Positions 31,576 to 46,551 of a DNA stretch of 64,000 nucleotides are shown piece after piece. The stretch lies in assembly GCF_053078305.1 (NCBI RefSeq), contig NZ_CP166879.1; one strand, given 5' to 3'. The position numbers were made by a program, and so were the translations under genes. Below the pieces are notes generated by a model that saw only the letters and a list, made by a program, of their open reading frames with translations, ran no database searches and was not told where the DNA came from. Every line of letters begins with the position of its first letter. Positions within the stretch are counted from its first letter, which is position 1.

Positions 31576-33216
31576 TCACACCGTAGCGAAACTAACTGGT
31601 TTACCAACTCCGCGAGGTTCTGCCAACACAGATTGTTTGTTCAGACGGAATACGTCCACCGCCTCAGTTAATCGTGCCGCCTGTTCTTCAAGGGACACCG
31701 CCGCTGCTGAGGCCTCTTCTACCAGAGAAGCATTCTGTTGCGTCACCTTATCCATTTCAGAAATCGCCTGGCTAACCTGAGTTATGCCTCTACTTTGCTC
31801 ATCCGAGGCGGCGGCGATTTCCTGCATGATATGTGTGACACTCGCGACGGCATCAACAATAGTGCTCATGGTTTTCCCGGCCGTTGCCACCTCATCCGAT
31901 CCCAGGTCAATTAACCTGACTGATTCACTGATCAAGCCTTCAATCTCTTTCGCCGCCTGGGCGCTGCGGCTTGCGAGTGTCCGTACTTCGCTGGCGACAA
32001 CGGCAAATCCACGCCCTTGCTCACCCGCTCGCGCAGCTTCAACGGCAGCATTCAGTGCCAGAATATTCGTCTGGAAAGCAATACTGTTGATGACGGCGGT
32101 GATCTCAGAAATTTTCTTCGAACTCGTGGAGATAGCGCCCATCGTTTTTACTACACCGGAAACCGTCTGCCCGCCATCGCTGGCTTTAATAGAAGCCTCT
32201 TGCGCCAGTTTACTGGCATAATGCGCGTTATCCGCATTCTGTTTCACCGTCGCAGTGAGTTGCTCCATGCTGGCGGCAGTTTGTTCAATTGCCGCCGCTT
32301 GTTCTTCGGTGCGAGATGAAAGGTCCGCATTGCCAGCGGAAATTTCGCTGGTGCCACGATAAATCTCTTCCGCGCCCTGTCGAACAGTCCCTACTGTCAT
32401 CCCCAGTGAATGCTGCATTTGCTGTAAATGACGACTTAAGCGACCGATTTCATTACGACCCGCCGGTTCATCATTCATCGTCAGATCGCCACTGGCGATT
32501 TTTTCAATCCGTTGTGCGGCATGTTGCAGTGGACGAATGACGATCCGACGTAGCACCATAAATGTTATCAGCGTCATGACCAGGGCAAGCACAAACGCGC
32601 CAATCATAAACATCCCACCCAGGCTGGTGCGCTGATGGGCCAGTTCCGCCAGTTGGTTGGCTCTGGTGCTACGTATCTTAACGGCTTTGTTCAAAATATC
32701 GGTATAAGCATTATCCAGCGTTCGGATCTGCTCACTTTCATGATTGATAATCGCTTCAAACATGCCATTTTTGGCATATTTCATCATAGGTTGCATACCC
32801 GTGATATAAGCCTGGAAGCGTTGATTTAATTCAGTGTCGAGGGCTTCATCAGCAGGTGTTTTCACCGGCCTATTCTGATAAGCACGATAACCTTGCTGCG
32901 ACTGTTTAATCTCCGATTCGGCTTGCGCAATATTTCGCTTCATTGCTTCCATTTCCGCAATACGACTCGCAGCCCCGGCCTGAATCATATTGATCCGGGC
33001 TGAACGCAAAAAATCTGAACTGTTCGCTAACCCGGTCCGAATCTCAATCTCCGCAGTAACATCACGCTGATCGCGATCGGCCTGCCAGAGGAAATAGCCA
33101 GCCAGGGCTGAACTTAATGCGAATAGAACTAAGATACCGCCTAGAATGCAGGCAAATAACGGAACCAACCTGATGTGATGCAAAAAACCTAATCGCTGTG
33201 AGGGAGTTGTATTCAT
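31576..33216 (-). CDS. trg: Methyl-accepting chemotaxis protein III (ribose/galactose sensor)
   Basis: 546-aa ORF; two TM segments, HAMP, conserved MCP signalling region ([28 protein letters not shown]). Confidence 0.93.
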   Translation of the reverse strand: MNTTPSQRLGFLHHIRLVPLFACILGGILVLFALSSALAGYFLWQADRDQRDVTAEIEIRTGLANSSDFLRSARINMIQAGAASRIAEMEAMKRNIAQAESEIKQSQQGYRAYQNRPVKTPADEALDTELNQRFQAYITGMQPMMKYAKNGMFEAIINHESEQIRTLDNAYTDILNKAVKIRSTRANQLAELAHQRTSLGGMFMIGAFVLALVMTLITFMVLRRIVIRPLQHAAQRIEKIASGDLTMNDEPAGRNEIGRLSRHLQQMQHSLGMTVGTVRQGAEEIYRGTSEISAGNADLSSRTEEQAAAIEQTAASMEQLTATVKQNADNAHYASKLAQEASIKASDGGQTVSGVVKTMGAISTSSKKISEITAVINSIAFQTNILALNAAVEAARAGEQGRGFAVVASEVRTLASRSAQAAKEIEGLISESVRLIDLGSDEVATAGKTMSTIVDAVASVTHIMQEIAAASDEQSRGITQVSQAISEMDKVTQQNASLVEEASAAAVSLEEQAARLTEAVDVFRLNKQSVLAEPRGVGKPVSFATV

Positions 33217-33497
33217 TACCGTTGTCTCTCGTCCAGGTTTACTCCTGATAGAAAGTCATCGGCATTTGACGGTAATTACTTACGACTAAAAGCCTCTTTG
33301 CGTCACATTTTTACAACAATTATTGCAGAGAAGATTAATGCTATTGGAATGAAGAGAGTAACGAATGGCTAAACCGAATGACGAAAAATTCTGGAAAACA
33401 GCACGCAATTTCGTGAAGTGATTATTTCGTCCCTAAGGAAACCTCATAGGATGCCTGCGGGTGCCTGAGACTTTCTGTTTTCAGGCTAACCGGGAAT

Positions 33498-33546
33498 CAG
33501 AAAGACGAAGGCCCCGACCGATATTTCTATCAACCGAGGCCAACGA

Positions 33547-33558
<12 letters not shown>
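33498..33558 (-). ncRNA. sokB: SokB antisense RNA (type I antitoxin), approximate
   Basis: Minus-strand promoter: -35 TTGCCG, 17-bp spacer, -10 TAAGAT (plus coords 33588..33593 and 33565..33570); transcript would be antisense to mokB start and end at a hairpin followed by U-rich UUCGUCUUUCUG; ends not mapped. Confidence 0.5.
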
Positions 33559-33754
<196 letters not shown>

Positions 33755-33825
33755 GGGCAAGCGCGGGGATTTTCCCCGCGCATCTGACTAGCAGATTCAT
33801 TTTCTCATGGCACCCCTTTTACACT

Positions 33826-33999
33826 TCAGTTAGTGCATGTTTTTTTCGATGCACTAATAGAACCATCATTACAGACAAATTTGCCGCCTGCCGTACAGTG
33901 TGAGATCCCCCCTTTCGAACCAGAACAGGGTTTGCGCCCGGCATCGGCATAAAAGGAAACAAGCGCTCCCATAAACAAAATAAGTGCCAGTTTTTTCAT
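33826..33999 (-). CDS. ydcA: Small Cys-rich secreted protein YdcA
   Basis: 57-aa ORF MKKLALILFMGALVSFYADAGRKPCSGSKGGISHCTAGGKFVCNDGSISASKKTCTN; SD ggaggtt upstream; missed by ORF track. Confidence 0.8.
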   Translation of the reverse strand: MKKLALILFMGALVSFYADAGRKPCSGSKGGISHCTAGGKFVCNDGSISASKKTCTN

Positions 34000-34193
34000 A
34001 TAACCTCCATGGTTTATCGAATCTTATGTTCGATTTGAACGTTATACGCTGGTTTATTTTGATACCGTTGATGAGATCAAAGATCGGGTGAATTGATTAA
34101 AAATAAGCCAGATGGACGTATGGGCAAGGATTATGGTTTTATTTGTCATACAAATAAATATAATAGGCGCTTCCGATGTAGACCCGTATTCTT

Positions 34194-34234
34194 CGCCTGT
34201 ACCACGGGTCGGTTTTAGTACAGGCGTTTTCTTT
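34194..34234 (+). terminator. Hairpin plus T-tract in ydcA-cybB intergenic region (terminator-like, plus-strand polarity)
   Basis: 9-bp stem cgcctgtac/gtacaggcg with 15-nt loop followed by ttttcttt on plus strand; alternative stem gacccgt/acgggtc. Confidence 0.35.
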
Positions 34235-34243
34235 AAATATCCT

Positions 34244-34774
34244 TCAGGAACGTTTACGCGGCATCATGCGTAGAAGTGTGTTGTCCTTCCAGAAATAGTG
34301 GTGTGCCAGTGCAGCCGCAGCGTGCAAACCGATGACAAAATATCCCAGATTCGCCAGCGTTTCATGCCACGACTTTAAGCTATCTACCCGTTCGAAATTG
34401 GCCTCTGAAGCGTAAGGCATCGTCAAACCAAACGCAAACCACGGGTTGCCTCGGTTATACATCATCACCAAACCAATCACTGGCAGCGCAATAAACAGGA
34501 GATAAATCACCAAATGTCCCAAATGCGCCAGTCCCGTCATCATCGGTTTTGGCTTAGGTATAATCGGCGGGGTTGGGTATTTCAGCCTTAACAAAAGACG
34601 AACGACCATCAGCACGAGAATTGATATGCCGCAGGAAACATGAATCATGTTGATGAGTGGCCGATCGCTACGTGGGAAGAAACCCCGAAACTCCATTGCG
34701 CAATACGCTGCGATAACCAGCAAAAAGACCAGCCAGTGAATGCTGATTTGTAACCTTGAGTATTTATTTTCCAT
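34244..34774 (-). CDS. cybB: Cytochrome b561
   Basis: ORF 34244..34810 trimmed to MENKYSRLQISIHWLVFLL (176 aa); polytopic with conserved His. Confidence 0.9.
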   Translation of the reverse strand: MENKYSRLQISIHWLVFLLVIAAYCAMEFRGFFPRSDRPLINMIHVSCGISILVLMVVRLLLRLKYPTPPIIPKPKPMMTGLAHLGHLVIYLLFIALPVIGLVMMYNRGNPWFAFGLTMPYASEANFERVDSLKSWHETLANLGYFVIGLHAAAALAHHYFWKDNTLLRMMPRKRS

Positions 34775-34962
34775 AACATTTCCTGCTTTAACATAATTTT
34801 CCGTTAACATAACGGGCTTTTCTCAAAATTTCATTAAATATTGTTCACCCGTTTTCAGTACGTTACGTTTCACTGTAAGAATGGAGATTGCCCATCCCGC
34901 CATCCTGGTCTAAGCCTGGAAAGGATCAATTTTCATCCGAACGTTCCTGACAGGAGAAAACC

Positions 34963-35964
34963 ATGAGTAAAGTTGGTATTAACGGTTTTGGTCGTATCGG
35001 TCGACTGGTGTTGCGTCGATTACTTGAAGTCAAAAGCAACATAGACGTTGTCGCTATTAATGATCTCACTTCTCCAAAAATTCTCGCCTACCTGCTGAAA
35101 CATGATTCAAACTACGGACCGTTCCCCTGGAGCGTTGATTTTACGGAAGATTCACTTATCGTTAATGGGAAAAGTATCGCGGTTTACGCCGAAAAAGAGG
35201 CTAAAAATATTCCGTGGAAAGCGAAAGGTGCAGAAATCATTGTCGAATGTACTGGCTTTTATACCTCCGCCGAGAAATCGCAGGCGCATCTCGATGCTGG
35301 CGCGAAGAAGGTGTTGATTTCCGCCCCTGCCGGTGAAATGAAAACTATCGTTTATAACGTCAATGACGACACTCTGGATGGCAACGATACCATTGTTTCC
35401 GTGGCGTCATGCACCACTAACTGCCTTGCGCCGATGGCCAAAGCCTTGCATGACAGTTTCGGGATAGAAGTCGGCACGATGACGACCATTCATGCCTATA
35501 CTGGCACCCAGTCACTGGTGGATGGCCCGCGTGGTAAAGATTTACGTGCTTCACGCGCCGCGGCAGAAAATATCATTCCCCACACTACGGGCGCGGCAAA
35601 AGCCATTGGTCTGGTGATCCCGGAACTGAGCGGCAAACTGAAAGGTCATGCGCAACGCGTGCCGGTGAAAACAGGTTCGGTCACTGAACTGGTATCGATT
35701 CTCGGAAAAAAAGTGACTGCCGAAGAGGTGAATAACGCACTTAAACAAGCAACCACCAATAACGAGTCATTTGGTTATACCGATGAAGAAATAGTCTCTT
35801 CCGATATCATTGGCAGCCATTTCGGTTCGGTGTTTGATGCCACGCAAACGGAAATTACCGCCGTGGGCGATTTACAACTGGTGAAAACGGTCGCCTGGTA
35901 CGATAACGAATATGGCTTCGTCACGCAGCTTATTCGCACCCTCGAAAAATTCGCTAAACTCTGA
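34963..35964 (+). CDS. gapC: Glyceraldehyde-3-phosphate dehydrogenase (intact GapC)
   Basis: 333-aa uninterrupted ORF; NAD-binding [10 protein letters not shown]; active-site [10 protein letters not shown]. Confidence 0.92.
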   Translation: MSKVGINGFGRIGRLVLRRLLEVKSNIDVVAINDLTSPKILAYLLKHDSNYGPFPWSVDFTEDSLIVNGKSIAVYAEKEAKNIPWKAKGAEIIVECTGFYTSAEKSQAHLDAGAKKVLISAPAGEMKTIVYNVNDDTLDGNDTIVSVASCTTNCLAPMAKALHDSFGIEVGTMTTIHAYTGTQSLVDGPRGKDLRASRAAAENIIPHTTGAAKAIGLVIPELSGKLKGHAQRVPVKTGSVTELVSILGKKVTAEEVNNALKQATTNNESFGYTDEEIVSSDIIGSHFGSVFDATQTEITAVGDLQLVKTVAWYDNEYGFVTQLIRTLEKFAKL

Positions 35965-35972
35965 CGCGCACA

Positions 35973-36000
35973 GGCGGAGGAAAAAACCTCCGCCTCTTTC
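35973..36000. terminator. Terminator between convergent gapC and aldA
   Basis: ggcggagg-aaaaaa-cctccgcc hairpin followed by tctttc. Confidence 0.6.
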
Positions 36001-36005
36001 ACTCA

Positions 36006-37445
36006 TTAAGACTGTAAATAAACCACCTGGGTCTGCAGATATTCATGCAGGCCATGTTTACCATCTGCGCCGCCAATACCGGATTTACGCCATCCGGCGT
36101 GGAAGCCTTGCATAGCTTCGAAGTTTTCACGGTTGATGTAAGTTTCACCAAACTTCAGCCCTTTAATGGCTTTCATCGCGACGTTCAGATTTTGGGTATA
36201 GATTGATGAGGTCAGGCCGTAATCACTGTCATTAGCCATTGAGATAGCATCTTCCAGCGTGTCAAATGCGACTACCGGCAGAACCGGGCCAAAGGTTTCC
36301 TCATGCATAATCGACATTTCCTGGCGAACATCCAGCAGCAATGTCGGCGGATAATAATATCCTTTCCCCTCTACCGCTTTGCCACCCAACGCCACTCTCG
36401 CCCCTTCTTCTACTGCGCGCGCCACTTTTTGCTCGACCCTTTCCAGCGCCGCGGCGTTAATCAACGGCCCCATCGCAATGTCGTTGCGTTCAGCGGGGTT
36501 ACCAAATTGAACCGCCTGCATCGCTTCACCCAGCCGATTGACGAACTGATCATAAATGCCTTTCTGTACATAAACACGTTCTGCACAGTTACACACTTGC
36601 CCACTATTAATGACGCGTGAATCAACGATGGCTTTGACTGCCAGTTCAAGATCGGCATCGTCCATTACGATAGCTGGTGCTTTACCCCCCAGTTCCAGGC
36701 ACACTTTGGTGATGTTTTTCGCCGCAGTCGCCATGATCTTCTCACCTGCAGAGACGCTGCCTGTCATACTGACCATTGCGACCTTTGGGTTACCCGCCAG
36801 TTCTTGCCCAACGGTTTCACCACGCCCCAGAACAAGGTTAAACACGCCGCGCGGAAGGCCTATTTCATCGACGATTTTGGCGAATGCAATCGCATTGTTT
36901 GGCGTAAATTCACTGGGTTTAATGACGATGGTATTACCGGTCAAAAGAGCGGGAGCCATTTTGCGGGCAATGAGGAAGAACGGGAAGTTCCACGGCAGAA
37001 TGCCGGTAGTCACACCAAGCGCACGTTTAAACAGAAGAATATTTTCTCCTGGACGATCGCTTTGAATAATCTCGCCCTCGTAACGCCGTGCCCACTCCGC
37101 CATGTAATCGATATAGTCGGCAGTAAAAGCCACTTCGACTTCAGCCAGCTGCTGGATCTTGCCCCCTTCTTCAACAATCAGCGCACTGATTTCACTGGCG
37201 CGTTCGCGGATCCCGGCGGAGATTTTGCGCAACCAACTGGCGCGTTCAATAGCAGGCAACGCTTCCCATTCTGGTTGTGCACGTTCTGCTGCATCGATTG
37301 CCTTACGGGCATCCTCGGCCTGACCATCGGGTATGCGGGAAATGACAGCCTCTGTAGCAGGGTTTACCACATCAATCCATGCGTCTCCACGCCAGGTAAC
37401 AAACTGTCCATCGATATACATAGGATGTTGAACGGGTACTGACAT
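36006..37445 (-). CDS. aldA: Lactaldehyde/glycolaldehyde dehydrogenase (NAD+)
   Basis: 479-aa ORF; ALDH motifs LELGGKAP and GQVCNCAER. Confidence 0.93.
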   Translation of the reverse strand: MSVPVQHPMYIDGQFVTWRGDAWIDVVNPATEAVISRIPDGQAEDARKAIDAAERAQPEWEALPAIERASWLRKISAGIRERASEISALIVEEGGKIQQLAEVEVAFTADYIDYMAEWARRYEGEIIQSDRPGENILLFKRALGVTTGILPWNFPFFLIARKMAPALLTGNTIVIKPSEFTPNNAIAFAKIVDEIGLPRGVFNLVLGRGETVGQELAGNPKVAMVSMTGSVSAGEKIMATAAKNITKVCLELGGKAPAIVMDDADLELAVKAIVDSRVINSGQVCNCAERVYVQKGIYDQFVNRLGEAMQAVQFGNPAERNDIAMGPLINAAALERVEQKVARAVEEGARVALGGKAVEGKGYYYPPTLLLDVRQEMSIMHEETFGPVLPVVAFDTLEDAISMANDSDYGLTSSIYTQNLNVAMKAIKGLKFGETYINRENFEAMQGFHAGWRKSGIGGADGKHGLHEYLQTQVVYLQS

Positions 37446-37641
37446 GGGCGACTCCTGTGATTTATATGTTTGTTTTCGGTGAATGCATTGTTAATTAACA
37501 TCAATCATCAGAGAGACGGCATCGCGAAAGGACAATTCTGTGAAGGGCTTCATAAAAACAAGTGTAAAAGGAATAAAAGGCAGAAATAAAAGTCAGGAGT
37601 CATGCCCGTTTGCAAACAAGTGGTTCACAAACGGGCAATTT

Positions 37642-38442
37642 TTAACGTAACGAGCGACTTTCCATCGCCTCGATGAGCACCGCATCGTGTTTCAGCGTTT
37701 GCCATGCATGGATGACTTCTGCCGGAAAATCAACGTGAACGATAAAATCTCGCCCGCGGGGACCGTAGCCATCGCTATCATCGCGTAAACGCGGCAGCTC
37801 GCCAGTGAGTAGTGAGAGATAACGCTCAACCGGCCATAATCCTTGTAACTGATTAATAAAGATTACACTGTCTGCGTTATTTCCTAACTGAGGAACGAAT
37901 CCGGGATAACTTAACCAGCGTGGTGCATCGGGATTGTCCCCGGTCATACGGCGGAACGTCGCCATCGTGCGCCGCTGCATGGTGGGGTCCTGTACAACGA
38001 TAGCTGTGTGAACTCGTTCTACGGCCTGATTCAATAGCGCGATGCTAAAGCGTGCGTTTTCACCGCAGTTTGTTGACTGGTCTTCAATCCAGATTTTTTC
38101 ATGCGGAATATGCCAGAACTGATGAGCGATATCCGCCAGGATGGTCGCTTCTGCTCTGCCAGTGGTGCGGATAGTGTTGTAGTGCGGATGCTGTGCGATG
38201 GCGCTATACAAAAAAGTGGTCGAGTGACCGATACCACCACTAATCAGTAAAGGAATTTGCTGATCGCGAGCAATCTTACATGCCGCATCGATAGTCGGCA
38301 TAACCGCATTTCCTGCAAGTATGACGCAATCAGCCTGATACGGCACCTCACCGGAGAAATCATCCTGCGCCAGCCACTGTCCGATAACATTTATGGCATC
38401 TATAGTTGCCGTCGAAAGCGTCGGAAACGGGGTAATGTTCAT
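37642..38442 (-). CDS. ydcF: DUF218-domain protein YdcF
   Basis: 266-aa ORF recognised as YdcF. Confidence 0.85.
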
Positions 38443-38655
38443 GGTTCCTCCTTATCGTTCCCTTAAGAATACTGCGTGAGATAATAGTGAGAAGCGGAGC
38501 ACTCTGAAAGGAGGATGTCGTATTTCCTTAACCGCCACTCCGCAAGCCTGACATATCTTTTAAGGAAATGCTGTAGATAAACATTATTCATCTTGCAGCA
38601 GAGAATTGTATTTTTCTGAATTCCTGAATTTTTGCCCTTACCGTTTTAGAATTAA

Positions 38656-38689
38656 TAAAAAACCCGGCGCTAAATGCTTACCGGGTTTT
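38656..38689 (-). terminator. Intrinsic terminator of hrpA
   Basis: Minus strand: aaacccgg...ccgggtttttt hairpin with T-run, about 25 bp after hrpA stop. Confidence 0.55.
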
Positions 38690-38713
38690 ATATTTATCAG
38701 GCAAATAGCCGCG

Positions 38714-41700
38714 TTAACCGCTAATTTGCTCCATCGCCTGCAAAATACGCTTATCTGAAATCGGATAAGGTGTACCGAGTTGTTGGGCAAAATAGCTGAC
38801 GCGCAGCTCTTCTATCATCCAGCGGATCTCTTTCACGTCTTCATCCTCACGACGTGCGGGCGGAAGTTTGTTGATCCATTGCTGCCACGCCTGCTGGACG
38901 TTTTCGACTTTCAGCATCTGTGCACGGTCGCGATGTGGATCAATCGCCAGTTTTTCCAGTCGTTTTTCAATCGCCTGCAAATATCGCAGCGTGTCGCCCA
39001 GCCGTTTGAAGCCGTTACCAGTCACAAAACCGCGATACACCAACCCGCCCATCTGCGCTTTAATATCAGAAAGCCCCAGCGCCATGGTCATATCCACCCG
39101 CCCTTTCAGACGTTTGTTGATATTGAACACTGCCGTAAGAATTTGCTCGACCTGCTTCGCAATATCCACCACCGTGTCATTCAGTTCGGCGCGCACTTTT
39201 TCATGCAGCGCAGCAAAGCCTTCTTCCGTCCAGACCGGGCCACCATTGGCGTCGATCAGTTGATCCACACCGCAGGAGATACAGTCGTCTATCAACTCCA
39301 GCACTTTGCCATACGGGTTAAAGTACAGTCCAAGCTTGGCTTTGTTTGGTAACTTCTCATGCAAATACTTGATCGGCGATGGAATATTTAGCAGCAGTAG
39401 ACGGCGAAGACCGTTCCACATTGCCTGCTTTTGTTCCAGCGGATTATCAAACAGTTTGATCGCCACGCTGTCGCGCTCATCCACCAGCGCTGGCCACGCC
39501 TTCACTTTGTAGTTGCCACGCTTCTGCTCGTAGCTTTCCGGCAGTTGTCCAAAGCTCCAGATATGTAAGCCGCTCTGCTCGATACCGTCATCCGCCACCG
39601 CAGATAGCGTTTCCTGCACTTTGCCTTTCAGCGCATCTTTCAGATCTTGTAGCGAGCGTCCTTCTTTTAGCTTCTTGTTTTTGTCATCCACCACGCGGAA
39701 GGTGATTTTCAGGTGATCGGGCACCTGATCCCAGTGCCAGTCTTCGCGGTCAACGGTAACGCCGGTCATCCGCCGTAACTCGCGCTCAAGGCTGTCGAGC
39801 AACGGTAACTCCAGCGGTTTGACGCGGCCTAAAAACGCTTCAGCGTAGTTTGGCGCGGGCACAAAATTACGGCGTACCGGTTTCGGCAACGATTTAATCA
39901 GAGCAATCACCAGTTCGCGGCGCAGACCAGGGATCTGCCATTCAAACCCGCTTTCCTCAACCTGGTTAAGTAACGGCAGCGGAATATGTACGGTCACACC
40001 GTCCGCGTCCGCGCCTGGCTCAAACTGATAGCTCAAACGCAGCTTGAGATTGCCCTGATGCCAGAAGTTCGGATAATCCAGCTTGCTGATCTTTTCCGCC
40101 CCTTCTTTGATCAACATGCTCTTTTCAAAGTTGAGCAAATCAGGCGTTTCGCGGCTGACTTTTTTCCACCAACTGTCGAAGTGACGAGCGGAGATTACAT
40201 CGTGGCTGATGCGCTGGTCGTAGAACTCAAACAACGTTTCGTCATCAACCAGAATATCGCGGCGACGTGATTTGTGTTCCAGCTCTTCCACTTCGGCCCG
40301 CAGTTTCAGGTTTTCACGGAAGAATGCGTGACGCGTCTGCCAGTCACCTTCCACCAGCGCGTGGCGAATAAAGAGTTCACGACATAACGCCGGATCGATC
40401 TGGCTGTAGTTGACCTTGCGCGCGGCAACAATCGGCAAACCATAAACGGTGACTTTTTCCGTTGCCATCACCGCGCCCTGCGCCCGTTCCCAGTGCGGTT
40501 CGCTGTAGGTACGTTTAATCAAATGCTGAGCGACGGGTTCCACCCATTCTGGATCGATGCGTGCCGCAATACGTCCCCACAGGCGGCTGGTTTCTACCAG
40601 TTCCGCCACCATTACCCATTTCGGCGGTTTTTTGAATAAACCAGAACCGGGGAAGATGGAGAAACGCGCGTTACGTGCGCCGGTATATTCTTGTTTATCG
40701 GCATCTTTCATGCCGATATGGGAAAGCAACCCCGTCAGCAACGCAATGTGAATTTCACGATACTCCGCCGGTTCGCTGTTCACCGGAATGCCGAGTTCTT
40801 TCACCACCTGGCGCAACTGGGTGTAGATATCCTGCCATTCGCGCACGCGCAGATAGTTGAGATAATCGGTACGACACAGGCGACGGAAGGCGTTGGAAGA
40901 AAGCGCCTTTTGCTGCTCGCCAAGATAATTCCACAGATTCACAAACGCGAGGAAGTCAGACTCTTTGTCGTGGAAGCGACGATGTTTTTCGTCCGATGCC
41001 TGCTGTTTGTCTATCGGACGTTCGCGCGGATCCTGAATGGAGAGCGCGGACGTGATAATCATCGCCTCACGCACGCAGCCATGTTTTTGCGCTTCCAGCA
41101 CCATACGCGCCAGACGTGGGTCGACAGGCAACTGCGAGAGCTGGCGACCGAGCGGCGTCAGTTTATAGGCGCTGGCCTGTTCATCAGTGGTGATCGCGCC
41201 CAGCTCTTCGAGCAGACGCACGCCATCCTGGATATTGCGTTTATCCGGTGCTTCGACAAACGGGAACGCAGCGATATCGCCCAGCCCCAGCGCGGTCATC
41301 TGCAAAATAACCGAGGCCAGGTTGGTACGCAGAATTTCCGGGTCGGTAAACTCCGGGCGCGAGAGGAAATCGTCTTCGGAATAGAGACGAATACAGATCC
41401 CTTCGGACACACGACCACAGCGGCCTTTACGCTGATTGGCAGACGCCTGCGAAATGGGCTCAATCGGCAAACGCTGCACTTTGGTGCGATAGCTGTAGCG
41501 GCTGATACGCGCCGTACCGGGGTCGATAACGTATTTAATCCCCGGTACAGTCAGCGAGGTTTCCGCGACGTTGGTCGCCAGCACAATGCGTCGCCCGCTG
41601 TGCGACTGGAACACGCGGTTCTGTTCGCTATTCGAAAGCCGCGCATAAAGCGGCAAGATTTCGGTATGGCGTAAGTTCAGCTTGTTCAGCGCATCGGCGG

Positions 41701-42616
41701 TATCGCGAATTTCCCGCTCGCCGCTCATAAAGATCAGAATGTCGCCGGGGCTTTCCTGGCTTAGTTCGTCTACGGCGTCAAAAATCGCCTGCAACTGATC
41801 GCGCTCGGTGTCATCGGCTTCTTCAACAATCGGGCGATAGCGCACTTCCACCGGATAGGTCCGACCGGAGACTTCAATAATCGGCGCATTATTAAAGTGG
41901 CGCGAAAAGCGTTCCGGGTCGATAGTCGCGGAAGTGATAATGATTTTTAGGTCAGGACGCCGCGGCAGCAACTCTTTCAAATAGCCGAGCAGAAAATCGA
42001 TATTCAGGCTGCGTTCGTGCGCTTCGTCAATAATGATGGTGTCGTACTGCATCAGCAGGCGGTCTTGCTGGATCTCCGCCAGCAGGATACCGTCGGTCAT
42101 CAGCTTGACCATCGTGTTATCACTTACGTGATCGCTGAAACGCACTTTGTAACCGATGCAACCGCCCGGCTCCGTTTTCAGCTCTTCCGCAATACGGTTC
42201 GCCACCGTTCTTGCCGCCAGGCGACGCGGCTGGGTATGGCCGATCAGCCCTTTAATCCCGCGCCCCAGCTCCATACAGATTTTCGGTAACTGAGTCGTTT
42301 TACCAGAACCCGTTTCCCCGGCGACGATCACCACCTGGTGATCACGAATCGCTTCGAGAATGTCCTGCTTTTTCTGACTAACCGGTAAATTGTCAGGATA
42401 AGTAATTTCCGGTCGTGCCGCTTCACGCAGCAGGACTTTCCCTGCCGCCTGGTCAATCTCTTTCGCCATCTCCTGGAAAATGGCCTGTTGTGCATCAGGA
42501 TTTTTAACCTTCTTCACGCCGTGCAGACGGCGAGAAAAACGCAGTCTGTCACGCAGCATCAGCGAATCCAGCCGCTGCTGCAAGGCCGTAAAGGTCAATT
42601 TTTGTTGTTCTGTCAT
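38714..42616 (-). CDS. hrpA: ATP-dependent RNA helicase HrpA (DEAH-box)
   Basis: 1300-aa ORF; Walker A GETGSGKTT, DEAH box IIIDEAHERSL. Confidence 0.95.
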   Translation of the reverse strand: MTEQQKLTFTALQQRLDSLMLRDRLRFSRRLHGVKKVKNPDAQQAIFQEMAKEIDQAAGKVLLREAARPEITYPDNLPVSQKKQDILEAIRDHQVVIVAGETGSGKTTQLPKICMELGRGIKGLIGHTQPRRLAARTVANRIAEELKTEPGGCIGYKVRFSDHVSDNTMVKLMTDGILLAEIQQDRLLMQYDTIIIDEAHERSLNIDFLLGYLKELLPRRPDLKIIITSATIDPERFSRHFNNAPIIEVSGRTYPVEVRYRPIVEEADDTERDQLQAIFDAVDELSQESPGDILIFMSGEREIRDTADALNKLNLRHTEILPLYARLSNSEQNRVFQSHSGRRIVLATNVAETSLTVPGIKYVIDPGTARISRYSYRTKVQRLPIEPISQASANQRKGRCGRVSEGICIRLYSEDDFLSRPEFTDPEILRTNLASVILQMTALGLGDIAAFPFVEAPDKRNIQDGVRLLEELGAITTDEQASAYKLTPLGRQLSQLPVDPRLARMVLEAQKHGCVREAMIITSALSIQDPRERPIDKQQASDEKHRRFHDKESDFLAFVNLWNYLGEQQKALSSNAFRRLCRTDYLNYLRVREWQDIYTQLRQVVKELGIPVNSEPAEYREIHIALLTGLLSHIGMKDADKQEYTGARNARFSIFPGSGLFKKPPKWVMVAELVETSRLWGRIAARIDPEWVEPVAQHLIKRTYSEPHWERAQGAVMATEKVTVYGLPIVAARKVNYSQIDPALCRELFIRHALVEGDWQTRHAFFRENLKLRAEVEELEHKSRRRDILVDDETLFEFYDQRISHDVISARHFDSWWKKVSRETPDLLNFEKSMLIKEGAEKISKLDYPNFWHQGNLKLRLSYQFEPGADADGVTVHIPLPLLNQVEESGFEWQIPGLRRELVIALIKSLPKPVRRNFVPAPNYAEAFLGRVKPLELPLLDSLERELRRMTGVTVDREDWHWDQVPDHLKITFRVVDDKNKKLKEGRSLQDLKDALKGKVQETLSAVADDGIEQSGLHIWSFGQLPESYEQKRGNYKVKAWPALVDERDSVAIKLFDNPLEQKQAMWNGLRRLLLLNIPSPIKYLHEKLPNKAKLGLYFNPYGKVLELIDDCISCGVDQLIDANGGPVWTEEGFAALHEKVRAELNDTVVDIAKQVEQILTAVFNINKRLKGRVDMTMALGLSDIKAQMGGLVYRGFVTGNGFKRLGDTLRYLQAIEKRLEKLAIDPHRDRAQMLKVENVQQAWQQWINKLPPARREDEDVKEIRWMIEELRVSYFAQQLGTPYPISDKRILQAMEQISG

Positions 42617-42807
42617 AACGTTAGTGGGCAGTAGTCTGCCTGATTAATTTTCTTTGAAATGATAGATATAGAGTACCACATCGCGGCTTTCTATGCGTTG
42701 TTCAATAAATTCGAACATAGGCTTCGATTTATTGCGCTATCTCTGTGGCAGGATTGTGAATAAAGTGTCAACAAGCAACGGGGCATCGCCCATTCAAATA
42801 TCCATAA

Positions 42808-43422
<615 letters not shown>

Positions 43423-43436
43423 CCGGACACGATCTT

Positions 43437-43463
43437 GATGTGGACTGTAGTTCAGTCCACATC
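43437..43463. terminator. 11-bp-stem hairpin between convergent azoR and ynbD
   Basis: gatgtggactg-tagtt-cagtccacatc; weak T-tract. Confidence 0.4.
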
Positions 43464-43472
43464 TCAATCCAC

Positions 43473-46536
<3,064 letters not shown>

Positions 46537-46551
46537 TTTCTCTATTTTCCT

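Noticed and set aside
40691-41674. 327-aa antisense ORF inside hrpA, with similar long antisense ORFs in ydbA (51733..52797), rlhA (18133..18873) and yncE (1685..2305)
   Set aside because: Fully embedded opposite well-supported genes, no SD or start context, low-complexity Arg/His-rich translations typical of antisense frames.
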